Source: Eledone cirrhosa (Eukaryota). Taken from it: a DNA stretch of 64,000 bases. Positions 25,801 to 38,200 of the stretch are shown here, one piece after another. Each line of letters starts with the position of its first letter. Positions within the stretch are counted from its first letter, which is position 1. Position numbers and translations under genes: made by a program. Below the pieces are notes generated by a model, which searched no databases, was not told the DNA's origin, and was given only the letters and a program-made list of their open reading frames with translations. The stretch lies in contig OZ024743.1 in the NCBI GenBank assembly GCA_964016885.1, positions 378,448,001 through 378,512,000 of the forward strand. Direction: 5' to 3'.

Positions 25801-27620
25801 GGGTGTAAAACTCTCTCTCTCTAGTGTAAGAGAAACTGGGGTAGTGGTGGGGTGTAAAACTCTCTCTCTCTAGTGTAGGAGAAACTGGGGTAGTGGTGGG
25901 GTGTAAAACTCTCTCTCTCTAGTTTAAGAGAAACTGGGGTAGTGGTGGTGTGTAAAACTCTCTCTCTAGTGTAGGAGAAACTGGGGTACTGGTGGCGTGT
26001 AAAACTCTCTCTCTAGTGTATGAGAAACTGGGGTAGTGGTGGGGTGTAAAACTCTCTCTCTCTAGTGTAAGAGAAACTGGGGTAGTGGTGGGGTGTAAAA
26101 CTCTCTCTCTCTAGTGTAAGAGAAACTGAGGTAGTGGTGGGGTGTAAAACTCTCTCTCTCTAGTGTAAGAGAAACTGAGGTAGTGGTGGGGTGTAAAACT
26201 CTCTCTCTCTAGTGTAGGAGAAACTGGGGTAGTGGTGGGGTGTAAAACTCTCTAGTGTAGGAGAAACTGGGGTAGTGGTGGGGTGTAAAACTCTCTCTCT
26301 CTAGTGTAAGAGAAACTGGGGTAGTGGTGGGGTGTAAAACTCTCTCTCTCTCTCTAGTGTAAGAGAAACTGGGGTAGTGGTGGGGTGTAAAACTCTCTCT
26401 CTAGTGTATGAGAAACTGGGGTAGTGGTGGGGTGTAAAACTCTCTCTCTCTAGTGTAGGAGAAACTGGGGTAGTGGTGGGGTGTAAAACTCTCTCTCTCT
26501 AGTGTAAGAGAAACTGGGGTAGTGGTGGGGTGTAAAAATTTCTAGTGTAGGAGAAACTGGGGTAGTGGTGGGGTGTAAAACTCTCTCTCTCTAGTGTAGG
26601 AGAAAATGGGGTAGTGGTGGGGTGTAAAACTCTCTCTCTCTAGTTTAAGAGAAACTGGGGTAGTGGTGGTGTGTAAAACTCTCTCTCTAGTGTAGGAGAA
26701 ACTGGGGTAGTGGTGGGGTGTAAAACTATCTCTCTAGTGTATGAGAAACTGGGGTAGTGGTGGGGTGTAAAGCTCTCTCTCTCTAGTGTAAGAGAAACTG
26801 GGGTTGTGGTGGGGTGTAAAACTCTCTCTCTCTAGTGTAAGAGAAACTGGGGTAGTGGTGGAGTGTAAAACTCTCTCTCTCTAGTGTAAGAGAAACTGGG
26901 GTAGTGGTGGGGTGTAAAACTCTCTCTAGTGTAGGAGAAACTGGGGTAGTGGTGGGGTGTAAAACTCTCTAGTGTAGGAGAAACTGGGGTAGTGGTGGGG
27001 TGTAAAACTCTCTCTCTCTAGTGTAAGAGAAACTGGGGTAGTGGTGGGGTGTAAAACTCTCTCTCTCTAGTGTAAGAGAAACTGGTGTAGTGGTGGGGTG
27101 TAAAACTCTCTCTCTCTAGTGTAAGAGAAACTGGGGTAGTGGTGGGGTGTAAAACTCTCTCTCTAGTGTATGAGAAACTGGGGTAGTGGTGGGGTGTAAA
27201 ACTCTCTCTCTCTAGTGTAGGAGAAACTGGGGTAGTGGTGGGGTGTAAATCTCTCTCTCTCTCTAGTGTAGGAGAAACTGGGGTAGTGGTGGGGTGTAAA
27301 ACTCTCTCTCTCTCTCTAGTGTAAGAGAAACTGGGGTAGTGGTGGGGTGTAAATCTCTCTCTCTCTAGTGTAAGAGAAACTGGGGTAGTGGTGGGGTGTA
27401 AAACTCTCTCTCTCTCTCTAGTGTAAGAGAAACTGGGGTAGTGGTGGGGTGTAAAACTCTCTCTCTCTAGTGTAAGAGAAACTGGGGTAGTGGTGGGGTG
27501 TAACTCTCTCTCTCTCTAGTGTAGGAGAAACTGGGGTAGTGGTGGGGTGTAAAACTCTCTCTCTCTCTCTAGTGTAAGAGAAACTGGGGTAGTGGTGGGG
27601 TGTAAAACTCTCTCTCTCTC
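17900..27620 (+). repeat. Near-identical duplication: ~17900-22300 repeated at ~23240-27620 (offset ~5335-5340)
   Basis: Identical ORF pairs 19736/25072 and 19812/25148 (offset 5336). Shared private variants: CTCAGTCTC (~19506/~24840), GTAAGACAAAC (~19994/~25330), GTACTGGTGGCGTG (~20650/~25986), AACTATC (~21384/~26724), GGGTTGTGGT (21461/26801), GGAGTGTAA (21522/26860). Confidence 0.93.
21500..22930 (+). repeat. Local ~790-bp tandem duplication, with a partial third copy at ~22930-23230
   Basis: TGGAGTGTAA at 21521 and 22311, each followed by the same (CT)6,(CT)4,(CT)3 series. AAACTGGTGT occurs at 21741, 22531 and 22980. Confidence 0.85.
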
Positions 27621-30479
27621 TCTCAAGTGTAGGAGAAACTGGGGTAGTGGTGGGGTTTAAAACTCTCTCTCTAGTGTAGGAGAAACTGGGGCAGTGGTGG
27701 GGTGTAAAACTCTCTCTCTCTCTCTAGTGTAGGAGAAACTGGGGTAGTGGTGGGGTGTAAAACTCTCTCTCTCTCTCTAGTGTAAGAGAAACTGGGGTAG
27801 TGGTGGGGTGTAAAACTCTCTCTCTCTAGTGTAAGAGAAACTGGGGTAGTGGTGGGGTGTAAAACTCTCTCTCTCTCTCTAGTGTAAGAGAAACTGGGGT
27901 AGTGGTGGGGTGTAACTCTCTCTCTCTCTAGTGTAGGAGAAACTGGGGTAGTGGTGGGGTGTAAAACTCTCTCTCTCTCTCTAGTGTAAGAGAAACTGGG
28001 GTAGTGGTGGGGTGTAAAACTCTCTCTCTCTCTCTAGTGTAAGAGAAACTGGGGTAGTGGTGGGGTGTAAAACTCTCTCTCTCTAGTGTAAGAGAAACTG
28101 GGGTAGTGGTGGGGTGTAAAACTCTCTCTCTCTCTCTAGTGTAAGAGAAACTGGGGTAGTGGTGGGGTGTAAAACTCTCTCTCTAGTGTATGAGAAACTG
28201 GGGTAGTGGTGGGGTGTAAAACTCTCTCTCTCTAGTGTAAGAGAAACTGGGGTAGTGGTGGGGTGTAAAACTCTCTCTCTCTAGTGTAAGAGAAACTGGG
28301 GTAGTGGTGGGGTGTAAAACTCTCTCTCTCTCTCTAGTGTAAGAGAAACTGGGGTAGTGGTGGGGTGTAAATCTCTCTCTCTCTCTAGTGTAGGAGAAAC
28401 TGGGGTAGTGGTGGGGTGTAAAACTCTCTCTCTCTCTCTAGTGTAGGAGAAACTGGGGTAGTGGTGGGGTGTAAAACTCTCTCTCTCTCTCTAGTGTAGG
28501 AGAAACTGGGGTAGTGGTGGGGTGTAAAACTCTCTGTCTCTCTCTAGTGTAGGAGAAACTGGGGTAGTGGTGGGGTGTAAAACTCTCTCTCTCTAGTGTA
28601 AGAGAAACTGGGGTAGTGGTGGGGTGTAAAACTCTCTCTCTCTAGTGTAGGAGAAACTGGGGTAGTGGTGGGGTGTAAAACTCTCTCTCTCTCTCTAGTG
28701 TAGGAGAAACTGGGGTAGTGGTGGGGTGTAAAACTCTCTCTCTCTCTCTAGTGTAGGAGAAACTGGGGTAGTGGTGGGGTGTAAAACTCTCTCTCTCTAG
28801 TGTAAGAGAAACTGGGGTAGTGGTGGGGTGTAAAACTCTCTCTCTCTCTCTAGTGTAAGAGAAACTGGGGTAGTGGTGGGGTGTAAAACTCTCTCTCTCT
28901 AGTGTATGAGAAACTGGGGTAGTGGTGGGGTGTGAAACTCTCTCTCTCTAGTGTATGAGAAACTGGGGTAGTGGTGGGGTGTAAAACTCTCTCTTCTCTA
29001 GTGTAAGAGAAACTGGGGTAGTGGTGGGGTGTAAAACTCTCTCTCTCTAGTGTATGAGAAACTGGGGTAGTGGTGGGGTGTGAAACTCTCTCTCTCTAGT
29101 GTATGAGAAACTGGGGTAGTGGTGGGGTGTAAAACTCTCTCTCTAGTGTAAGAGAAACTGGGGTAGTGGTGGGGTGTAAAACTCTCTATCTCTAGTGTAA
29201 GAGAAACTGGGGTAGTGGTGGGGTGTAAAACTCTCTATCTCTCTCTAGTGTAAGAGAAACTGGGGTAGTGGTGGGGTGTAAAACTCTCTCTCTCTAGTGT
29301 AGGAGAAACTGGGGTAGTGGTGGGGTGTAAAACTCTCTCTCTCTAGTGTAAGAGAAACTGGGGTAGTGGTGGGGTGTAAAACTCTCTATCTCTCTCTAGT
29401 GTAAGAGAAACTGGGGTAGTGGTGGGGTGTAAAACTCTCTCTCTCTAGTGTAGGAGAAACTGGGGTAGTGGTGGGGTGTAAAACTCTCTCTCTCTCTCTA
29501 GTGTAAGAGAAACTGGGGTAGTGGTGGGGTGTAAAACTCTCTCTCTCTAGTGTAAGAGAAACTGGGGTAGTGGTGGGGTGTAAAACTCTCTCTCTCTAGT
29601 GTAAGAGAAACTGGGGTAGTGGTGGGGTGTAAAACTCTCTATCTCTCTCTAGTGTAAGAGAAACTGGGGTAGTGGTGGGGTGTAAAACTCTCTCTCTCTA
29701 GTGTAGGAGAAACTGGGGTAGTGGTGGGGTGTAAAACTCTCTCTCTCTCTCTAGTGTAAGAGAAACTGGGGTAGTGGTGGGGTGTAAAACTCTCTCTCTA
29801 GTGTATGAGAAACTGGGGTAGTGGTGGGGTGTAAAAGTCTCTCTTCTCTAGTGTAAGAGAAACTGGGGTAGTGGTGGGGGTGTAAAACTCTCTCTCTCTC
29901 TCTAGTGTAAGAGAAACTGGGGTAGTGGTGGGGTGTAAAACTCTCTCTCTCTCTCTAGTGTAAGAGAAACTGGGGTAGTGGTGGGGTGTAAAACTCTCTC
30001 TCTAGTGTATGAGAAACTGGGGTAGTGGTGGGGTGTAAAACTCTCTCTCTCTAGTGTAAGAGAAACTGGGGTAGTGGTGGGGTGTAAAACTCTCTCTCTC
30101 TAGTGTAAGAGAAACTGGGGTAGTGGTGGGGTGTAAAACTCTCTCCCTCTCTCTAGTGTAAGAGAAACTGGGGTAGTGGTGGGGTGTAAATCTCTCTCTC
30201 TCTCTAGTGTAGGAGAAACTGGGGTAGTGGTGGGGTGTAAAACTCTCTCTCTCTCTCTAGTGTAAGAGAAACTGGGGTAGTGCTGGGGTGTAAAACTCTC
30301 TCTCTCTAGTGTAAGAGAAACTGGGGTGGTGGTGGGGTGTAAAACTCTCTCTCTAGTGTAAGAGAAACTGGGGTAGTGGTGGGGTGTAAAACTCTCTCTC
30401 TCTCTCTAGTGTAAGAGAAACTGGGGTAGTGGTGGGGTGTAAAACTCTCTCTCTCTCTCTAGTGTAAGAGAAACTGGGG

Positions 30480-33400
30480 TAGTGGTGGGGTGTAAAACTC
30501 TCTCTCTAGTGTATGAGAAACTGGGGTAGTGGTGGGGTGTAAAACTCTCTCTCTCTCTCTAGTGTAAGAGAAACTGGGGTAGTGGTGGGGTGTAAAACTC
30601 TCTCTCTCTAGTGTAAGAGAAACTGGGGTAGTGGTGGGGTGTAAAACTCTCTCTCTCTCTCTAGTCTAAGAGAAACTGGGGTAGTGGTGGGGTGTAAAAC
30701 TCTCTCTCTCTCTCTAGTGTAGGAGAAACTGGGGTAGTGGTGGGGTGTAAAACTCTCTCTCTCTAGTGTAGGAGAAACTGGGGTAGTGGTGGGGTGTAAA
30801 ACTCTCTCTCTCTAGTGTAAGAGAAACTGGGGTAGTGGTGGGGTGTAAAATTCTCTCTCTCTAGTGTAAGCGAAACTGGGGTAGTGGTGGGGTGTAAAAC
30901 TCTCTCTCTCAAGTGTAAGAGAAACTGGGGTAGTGGTGGGGTGTAAAACTCTCTCTCTCTCTAGTGTAAGAGAAACTGGGGTAGTGGTGGGGTGTAAAAC
31001 TCTCTCTCTCTAGTGTAGGAGAAACTGGGGTAGTGGTGGGGTGTAAAACTCTCTCTCTCTAGTTTAAGAGAAACTGGGGTAGTGGTGGTGTGTAAAACTC
31101 TCTCTCTAGTGTAGGAGAAACTGGGGTAGTGGTGGGGTGTAAAACTCTCTCTCTAGTGTATGAGAAACTGGGGTAGTGGTGGGGTGTAAAACTCTCTCTC
31201 TCTAGTGTAAGAGAAACTGGGGTAGTGGTGGGGTGTAAAACTCTCTCTCTCTAGTGTAAGAGAAACTGGGGTAGTGGTGGGGTGTAAAACTCTCTCTCTC
31301 TAGTGTAAGAGAAACTGGGGTAGTGGTGGGGTGTAAAACTCTCTCTCTCTAGTGTAGGAGAAACTGGGGTAGTGGTGGGGTGTAAAACTCTCTAGTGTAG
31401 GAGAAACTGGGGTAGTGGTGGGGTGTAAAACTCTCTCTCTCTAGTGTAAGAGAAACTGGGGTAGTGGTGGGGTGTAAAACTCTCTCTCTCTAGTGTAAGA
31501 GAAACTGGGGTAGTGGTGGGGTGTAAAACTCTCTCACTCTCTCTAGTGTAAGAGAAACTGGGGTAGTGGTGGGGTGTAAAACTCTCTCTCTCTCTCTAGT
31601 GTAAGAGAAACTGGGGTAGTGGTGGGGTGTAAAACTCTCTCTCTCTAGTGTAAGAGAAACTGTGGTAGTGGTGGGGTGTAAAACTCTCTCTCTCTCTCTA
31701 GTGTAAGAGAAACTGGGGTAGTGGTGGGGTGTAAAACTCTCTCTCTCTCTCTAGTGTAGGAGAAACTGGGGTAGTGGTGGGGTGTAAAACTCTCTCTCTC
31801 TCTCTAGTGTAAGAGAAACTGGGGTAGTGGTGGGGTGTAAATCTCTCTCTCTCTCTAGTGTAGGAGAAACTGTGGTAGTGGTGGGGTGTAAAACTCTCTC
31901 TCTAGTGTATGAGAAACTGGGGTAGTGGCGGGGTGTAAAACTCTCTCTCTCTAGTGTAGGAGAAACTGGGGTAGTGGTGGGGTGTAAATCTCTCTCTCTC
32001 TCTAGTGTAGGAGAAACTGGGGTAGTGGTGGTGTGTAAAACTCTCTCTCTCTCTCTAGTGTAAGAGAAACTGGGGTAGTGGTGGGGTGTAAATCTCTCTC
32101 TCTCTAGTGTAAGAGAAACTGGGGTAGTGGTGGGGTGTAAAACTCTCTCTCTCTCTCTCTAGTGTAAGAGAAACTGGGGTAGTGGTGGGGTGTAAAACTC
32201 TCTCTCTCTCTCTAGTGTAGGAGAAACTGGGGTAGTGGTGGGGTGTAAATCTCTCTCTCTCTCTAGTGTAGGAGAAACTGGGGTAGTGGTGGGGTGTAAA
32301 ACTCTCTCTCTCTCTCTAGTGTAAGAGAAACTGGGGTAGTGGTGGGGTGTAAAACTCTCTCTCTCTAGTGTAAGAGAAACTGGGGTAGTGGTGGGGTGTA
32401 AAACTCTCTCTCTCTCTCTAGTGTAAGAGAAACTGGGGTAGTGGTGGGGTGTAACTCTCTCTCTCTCTAGTGTAGGAGAAACTGGGGTAGTGGTGGGGTG
32501 TAAAACTCTCTCACTCTCTCTAGTGTAAGAGAAACTGGGGTAGTGGTGGGGTGTAAAACTCTCTCTCTCTCTCTAGTGTAAGAGAAACTGGGGTAGTGGT
32601 GGGGTGTAAAACTCTCTCTCTCTAGTGTAAGAGAAACTGTGGTAGTGGTGGGGTGTAAAACTCTCTCTCTCTCTCTAGTGTAAGAGAAACTGGGGTAGTG
32701 GTGGGGTGTAAAACTCTCTCTCTAGTGTATGAGAAACTGGGGTAGTGGTGGGGTGTAAAACTCTCTCTCTCTCTCTAGTGTAAGAGAAACTGGGGTAGTG
32801 GTGGGGTGTAAAACTCTCTCTCTCTCTCTAGTGTAAGAGAAACTGGGGTAGTGGTGGGGTGTAAAACTCTCTCTCTCTAGTGTAAGAGAAACTGGGGTAG
32901 TGGTGGGGTGTAAAACTCTCTCTCTCTCTCTAGTCTAAGAGAAACTGGGGTAGTGGTGGGGTGTAAAACTCTCTCTCTCTCTCTAGTGTAGGAGAAACTG
33001 GGGTAGTGGTGGGGTGTAAAACTCTCTCTCTCTAGTGTAGGAGAAACTGGGGTAGTGGTGGGGTGTAAAACTCTCTCTCTCTAGTGTAAGAGAAACTGGG
33101 GTAGTGGTTGGGTGTAAAATTCTCTCTCTCTAGTGTAAGCGAAACTGGGGTAGTGGTGGGGTGTAAAACTCTCTCTCTCAAGTGTAAGAGAAACTGGGGT
33201 AGTGGTGGGGTGTAAAACTCTCTCTCTCTAGTGTAAGAGAAACTGGGGTAGTGGTGGGGTGTAAAACTCTCTCTCTCTAGTGTAGGAGAAACTGGGGTAG
33301 TGGTGGGGTGTAAAACTCTCTCTATCTAGTTTAAGAGAAACTGGGGTAGTGGTGGTGTGTAAAACTCTCTCTCTAGTGTAGGAGAAACTGGGGTAGTGGT

Positions 33401-34990
33401 GGGGTGTAAAACTCTCTCTCTAGTGTATGAGAAACTGGGGTAGTGGTGGGGTGTAAAACTCTCTCTCTCTAGTGTAAGAGAAACTGGGGTAGTGGTGGGG
33501 TGTAAAACTCTCTCTCTCTAGTGTAAGAGAAACTGGGGTAGTGGTGGGGTGTAAAACTCTCTCTCTCTAGTGTAAGAGAAACTGGGGTAGTGGTGGGGTG
33601 TAAAACTCTCTCTCTCTAGTGTAGGAGAAACTGGGGTAGTGGTGGGGTGTAAAACTCTCTAGTGTAGGAGAAACTGGGGTAGTGGTGGGGTGTAAAACTC
33701 TCTCTCTCTAGTGTAAGAGAAACTGGGGTAGTGGTGGGGTGTAAAACTCTCTCTCTCTAGTGTAAGAGAAACTGGGGTAGTGGTGGGGTGTAAAACTCTC
33801 TCACTCTCTCTAGTGTAAGAGAAACTGGGGTAGTGGTGGGGTGTAAAACTCTCTCTCTCTCTCTAGTGTAAGAGAAACTGGGGTAGTGGTGGGGTGTAAA
33901 ACTCTCTCTCTCTAGTGTAAGAGAAACTGTGGTAGTGGTGGGGTGTAAAACTCTCTCTCTCTCTCTAGTGTAAGAGAAACTGGGGTAGTGGTGGGGTGTA
34001 AAACTCTCTCTCTCTCTCTAGTGTAGGAGAAACTGGGGTAGTGGTGGGGTGTAAAACTCTCTCTCTCTCTCTAGTGTAAGAGAAACTGGGGTAGTGGTGG
34101 GGTGTAAATCTCTCTCTCTCTCTAGTGTAGGAGAAACTGTGGTAGTGGTGGGGTGTAAAACTCTCTCTCTAGTGTATGAGAAACTGGGGTAGTGGCGGGG
34201 TGTAAAACTCTCTCTCTCTAGTGTAGGAGAAACTGGGGTAGTGGTGGGGTGTAAATCTCTCTCTCTCTCTAGTGTAGGAGAAACTGGGGTAGTGGTGGTG
34301 TGTAAAACTCTCTCTCTCTCTCTAGTGTAAGAGAAACTGGGGTAGTGGTGGGGTGTAAATCTCTCTCTCTCTAGTGTAAGAGAAACTGGGGTAGTGGTGG
34401 GGTGTAAAACTCTCTCTCTCTCTCTCTAGTGTAAGAGAAACTGGGGTAGTGGTGGGGTGTAAAACTCTCTCTCTCTCTCTAGTGTAGGAGAAACTGGGGT
34501 AGTGGTGGGGTGTAAAACTCTCTCTCTCTAGTGTAAGAGAAACTGGGGTAGTGGTGGGGTGTAAAACTCTCTCTCTCTCTCTAGTGTAAGAGAAACTGGG
34601 GTAGTGGTGGGGTGTAACTCTCTCTCTCTCTAGTGTAGGAGAAACTGGGGTAGTGGTGGGGTGTAAAACTCTCTCACTCTCTCTAGTGTAAGAGAAACTG
34701 GGGTAGTGGTGGGGTGTAAAACTCTCTCTCTCTCTCTAGTGTAAGAGAAACTGGGGTAGTGGTGGGGTGTAAAACTCTCTCTCTCTAGTGTAAGAGAAAC
34801 TGTGGTAGTGGTGGGGTGTAAAACTCTCTCTCTCTCTCTAGTGTAAGAGAAACTGGGGTAGTGGTGGGGTGTAAAACTCTCTCTCTCTCTCTAGTGTAGG
34901 AGAAACTGGGGTAGTGGTGGGGTGTAAAACTCTCTCTCTCTCTCTAGTGTAAGAGAAACTGGGGTAGTGGTGGGGTGTAAATCTCTCTCT
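30480..34990 (+). repeat. Tandem duplication of a ~2.27-kb block (two copies)
   Basis: CTAGTCTAAG (30661/32930), AAAATTCTC..GTAAGCGAA (~30847/~33116), CTCAAGTG (~30908/~33177), AGTTTAAG (31061/33328), CTCACTC (~31533/~33800), GTGGCGGGG (~31925/~34192). Offsets are 2267-2269. Confidence 0.92.
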
Positions 34991-35299
34991 CTCTCTAGTG
35001 TAGGAGAAACTGTGGTAGTGGTGGGGTGTAAAACTCTCTCTCTAGTGTATGAGAAACTGGGGTAGTGGTGGGGTGTAAAACTCTCTCTCTCTAGTGTAAG
35101 AGAAACTGGGGTAGTGGTGGGGTGTAAAACTCTCTCTCTCTCTCTAGTGTAAGAGAAACTGGGGTAGTGGTGGGGTGTAAAACTCTCTCTCTCTAGTGTA
35201 TGAGAAACTGGGGTAGTGGTGGGGTGTGAAACTCTCTCTCTCTAGTGTATGAGAAACTGGGGTAGTGGTGGGGTGAAAAACTCTCTCTCTAGTGTAAGA

Positions 35300-38200
35300 G
35301 AAACTGGGGTAGTGGTGGGGTGTAAAACTCTCTCTCTCTCTCTAGTGTAAGAGAAACTGAGGTAGTGGTGGGGTGTAAAACTCTCTCTCTCTAGTGTAGG
35401 AGAAACTGGGGTAGTGGTGGGGTGTAAAACTCTCTCTCTCTCTCTAGTGTAAGAGAAACTGGGGTAGTGGTGGGGTGTAAAACTCTCTCTCTAGTGTATG
35501 AGAAACTGGGGTAGTGGTGGGGTGTAAAGCTCTCTCTTCTCTAGTGTAAGAGAAACTGGGGTAGTGGTGGGATGTAAAACTCTCTCTCTCTCTCTAGTGT
35601 AAGAGAAACTGGGGTAGTGGTGGGGTGTAAAACTCTCTCTCTCTCTCTAGTGTAAGAGAAACTGTGGTAGTGGTGGGGTGTAAAACTCTCTCTCTAGTGT
35701 ATGAGAAACTGGGGTAGTGGTGGGGTGTAAAACTCTCTCTCTCTAGTGTATGAGCAACTGGGGTAGTGGTGGGGTGTAAAACTCTCTCTCTAGTGTAAGA
35801 GAAACTGGGGTAGTGGTGGGGTGTAAAACTCTCTCTCTCTCTCTAGTGTAAGAGAAACTGGGGTAGTGGTGGGGTGTAAATCTCTCTCTCTCTCTAGTGT
35901 AGGAGAAACTGGGGTAGTGGTGGGGTGTAAAACTCTCTCTCTCTCTCTAGTGTAAGAGAAACTGGGGTAGTGGTGGGGTGTAAAACTCTCTCTCTCTCTC
36001 TAGTGTAAGAGAAACTGGGGTAGTGCTGGGGTGTAAAACTCTCTCTCTCTAGTGTAAGAGAAACTGGGGTAGTGGTGGGGTGTAAAACTCTCTCTCTAGT
36101 GTAAGAGAAACTGGGGTAGTGGTGGGGTGTAAAACTCTCTCTCTCTCTCTAGTGTAAGAGAAACTGGGGTAGTGGTGGGGTGTAAAACTCTCTCTCTCTC
36201 TCTCTAGTGTAAGAGAAACTGGGGTAGTGGTGGGGTGTAAAACTCTCTCTCTAGTGTATGAGAAACTGGGGTAGTGGTGGGGTGAAAAACTCTCTCTCTA
36301 GTGTAAGAGAAACTTGGGTAGTGGTGGGGTGTAAAACTCGCTCTCTCTAGTGTAAGAGAAACTGGGGTAGTGGTGGGGTGTAAAACTCTCTCTCTCTCTC
36401 TAGTGTAAGAGAAACTGGGGTAGTGGTGGGGTGTAAAACTCTCTCTCTCTCTCTAGTGTAAGAGAAACTGGGGTAGTGGTGGGGTGTAAAACTCTCTCTC
36501 TCTCTCTAGTGTAAGAGAAACTGGGGTAGTGGTGGGGTGTAAAACTCTCTCTCTCTCTCTAGTGTAGGAGAAACTGGGGTAGTGGTGGGGTGTAAAACTC
36601 TCTCTCTCTAGTGTAGGAGAAACTGGGGTAGTGATGGGGTGTAAAACTCTCTCTCTCTCTAGTGTAAGAGAAACTGGGGTAGTGGTGGGGTGTAAAACTC
36701 TCTCTCTCTAGTGTAAGAGAAACTGGGGTAGTGGTGGGGTGTAAAACTCTCTCTCTCTCTCTAGTGTAAGAGAAACTGGGGTAGTGGTGGGGTGTAAAAC
36801 TCTCTCTCTCTAGTGTAGGAGAAACTGGGGTAGTGGTGGGGTGTAAATCTCTCTCTCTCTCTAGTGTAGGAGAAACTGGGGTAGTGGTGGGGTGTAAAAC
36901 TCTCTCTCTCTAGTGTAAGAGAAACTGGGGTAGTGGTGGGGTGTAAAACTCTCTCTCTCTCTAGTGTAGGAGAAACTGGGGTAGTGGTGGGGTGTAAAAC
37001 TCTCTCTCTCTAGTGTAAGAGAAACTGGGGTAGTGGTGGGGTGTAAAACTCTGTCTCTCTAGTGTAAGAGAAACTGGGGTAGTGGTGGGGTGTAAAACTC
37101 TCTCTCTCTAGTGTAAGAGAAACTGGGGTAGTGGTGGGGTGTAAAACTCTCTCTCTCTAGTGTAGGAGAAACTGGGGTAGTGGTGGGGTGTAAAACTCTC
37201 TCTCTCTAGTGTAAAAGAAACTAGGGTAGTGGTGGGGTGTAAAACTCTCTCTCTCTAGTGTAAGAGAAACTGGGGTAGTGTGGGGTGTAAAACTCTCTCT
37301 CTCTCTCTAGTGTAACAGAAACTGGGGTAGTGGTGGGGTGTAAAACTCTCTCTCTCTCTCTAGTGTAGGAGAAACTGGGGTAGTGTTGGGGTGTAAAACT
37401 CTCTGTCTCTCTCTAGTGTAGGAGAAACTGGGGTAGTGGTGGGGTGTAAAACTCTCTCTCTCTAGTGTAAGAGAAACTGGGGTAGTGGTGGGGTGTAAAT
37501 TTCTCTGTCTCTCTCTAGTGTAGGAGAAACTGGGGTAGTGGTGGGGTGTAAAACTCTCTCTCTCTAGTGTAAGAGAAACTGGGGTAGTGGTGGGGTGTAA
37601 AACTCTCTCTCTCTAGTGTAAGAGAAACTGGGGTAGTGGTGGGGTGTAAAACTCTCTCTCTCTAGTGTAAGAGAAACTGGGGTAGTGGTGGGGTGTAAAA
37701 CTCTCTCTCTCTAGTGTAAGAGAAACTGGGGTAGTGGTGGGGTGTAAAACTCTCTCTCTCTAGTGTAAGAGAAACTGGGGTAGTGGTGGGGTGTAAATCT
37801 CTCTCTCTAGTGTAGGAGAAACTGGGGTAGTGGCGGGGTGTAAAACTCTCTCTCTAGTGTAGGAGAAACTGGGGTAGTGGTGGGGTGTAAAACTCTCTCT
37901 CTAGTGTAGGAGAAACTGGGGTAGTGGTGAGGTGTAAAACTCTCTCTCTCTCTCTAGTGTAAGAGAAACTGGGGTAGTGGTGGGGTGTAAAACTCTCTCT
38001 CTCTCTCTAGTGTAGGAGAAACTGGGGTAGTGGTGGGGTGTAAATCTCTCTCTCTCTCTAGTGTAGGAGAAACTGGGGTAGTGGTGGGGTGTAAAACTCT
38101 CTCTCTCTCTCTAGTGTAAGAGAAACTGGGGTAGTGGTGGGGTGTAAAACTCTCTCTCTCTAGTGTAAGAGAAACTGGGGTAGTGGTGGGGTGTAAAACT

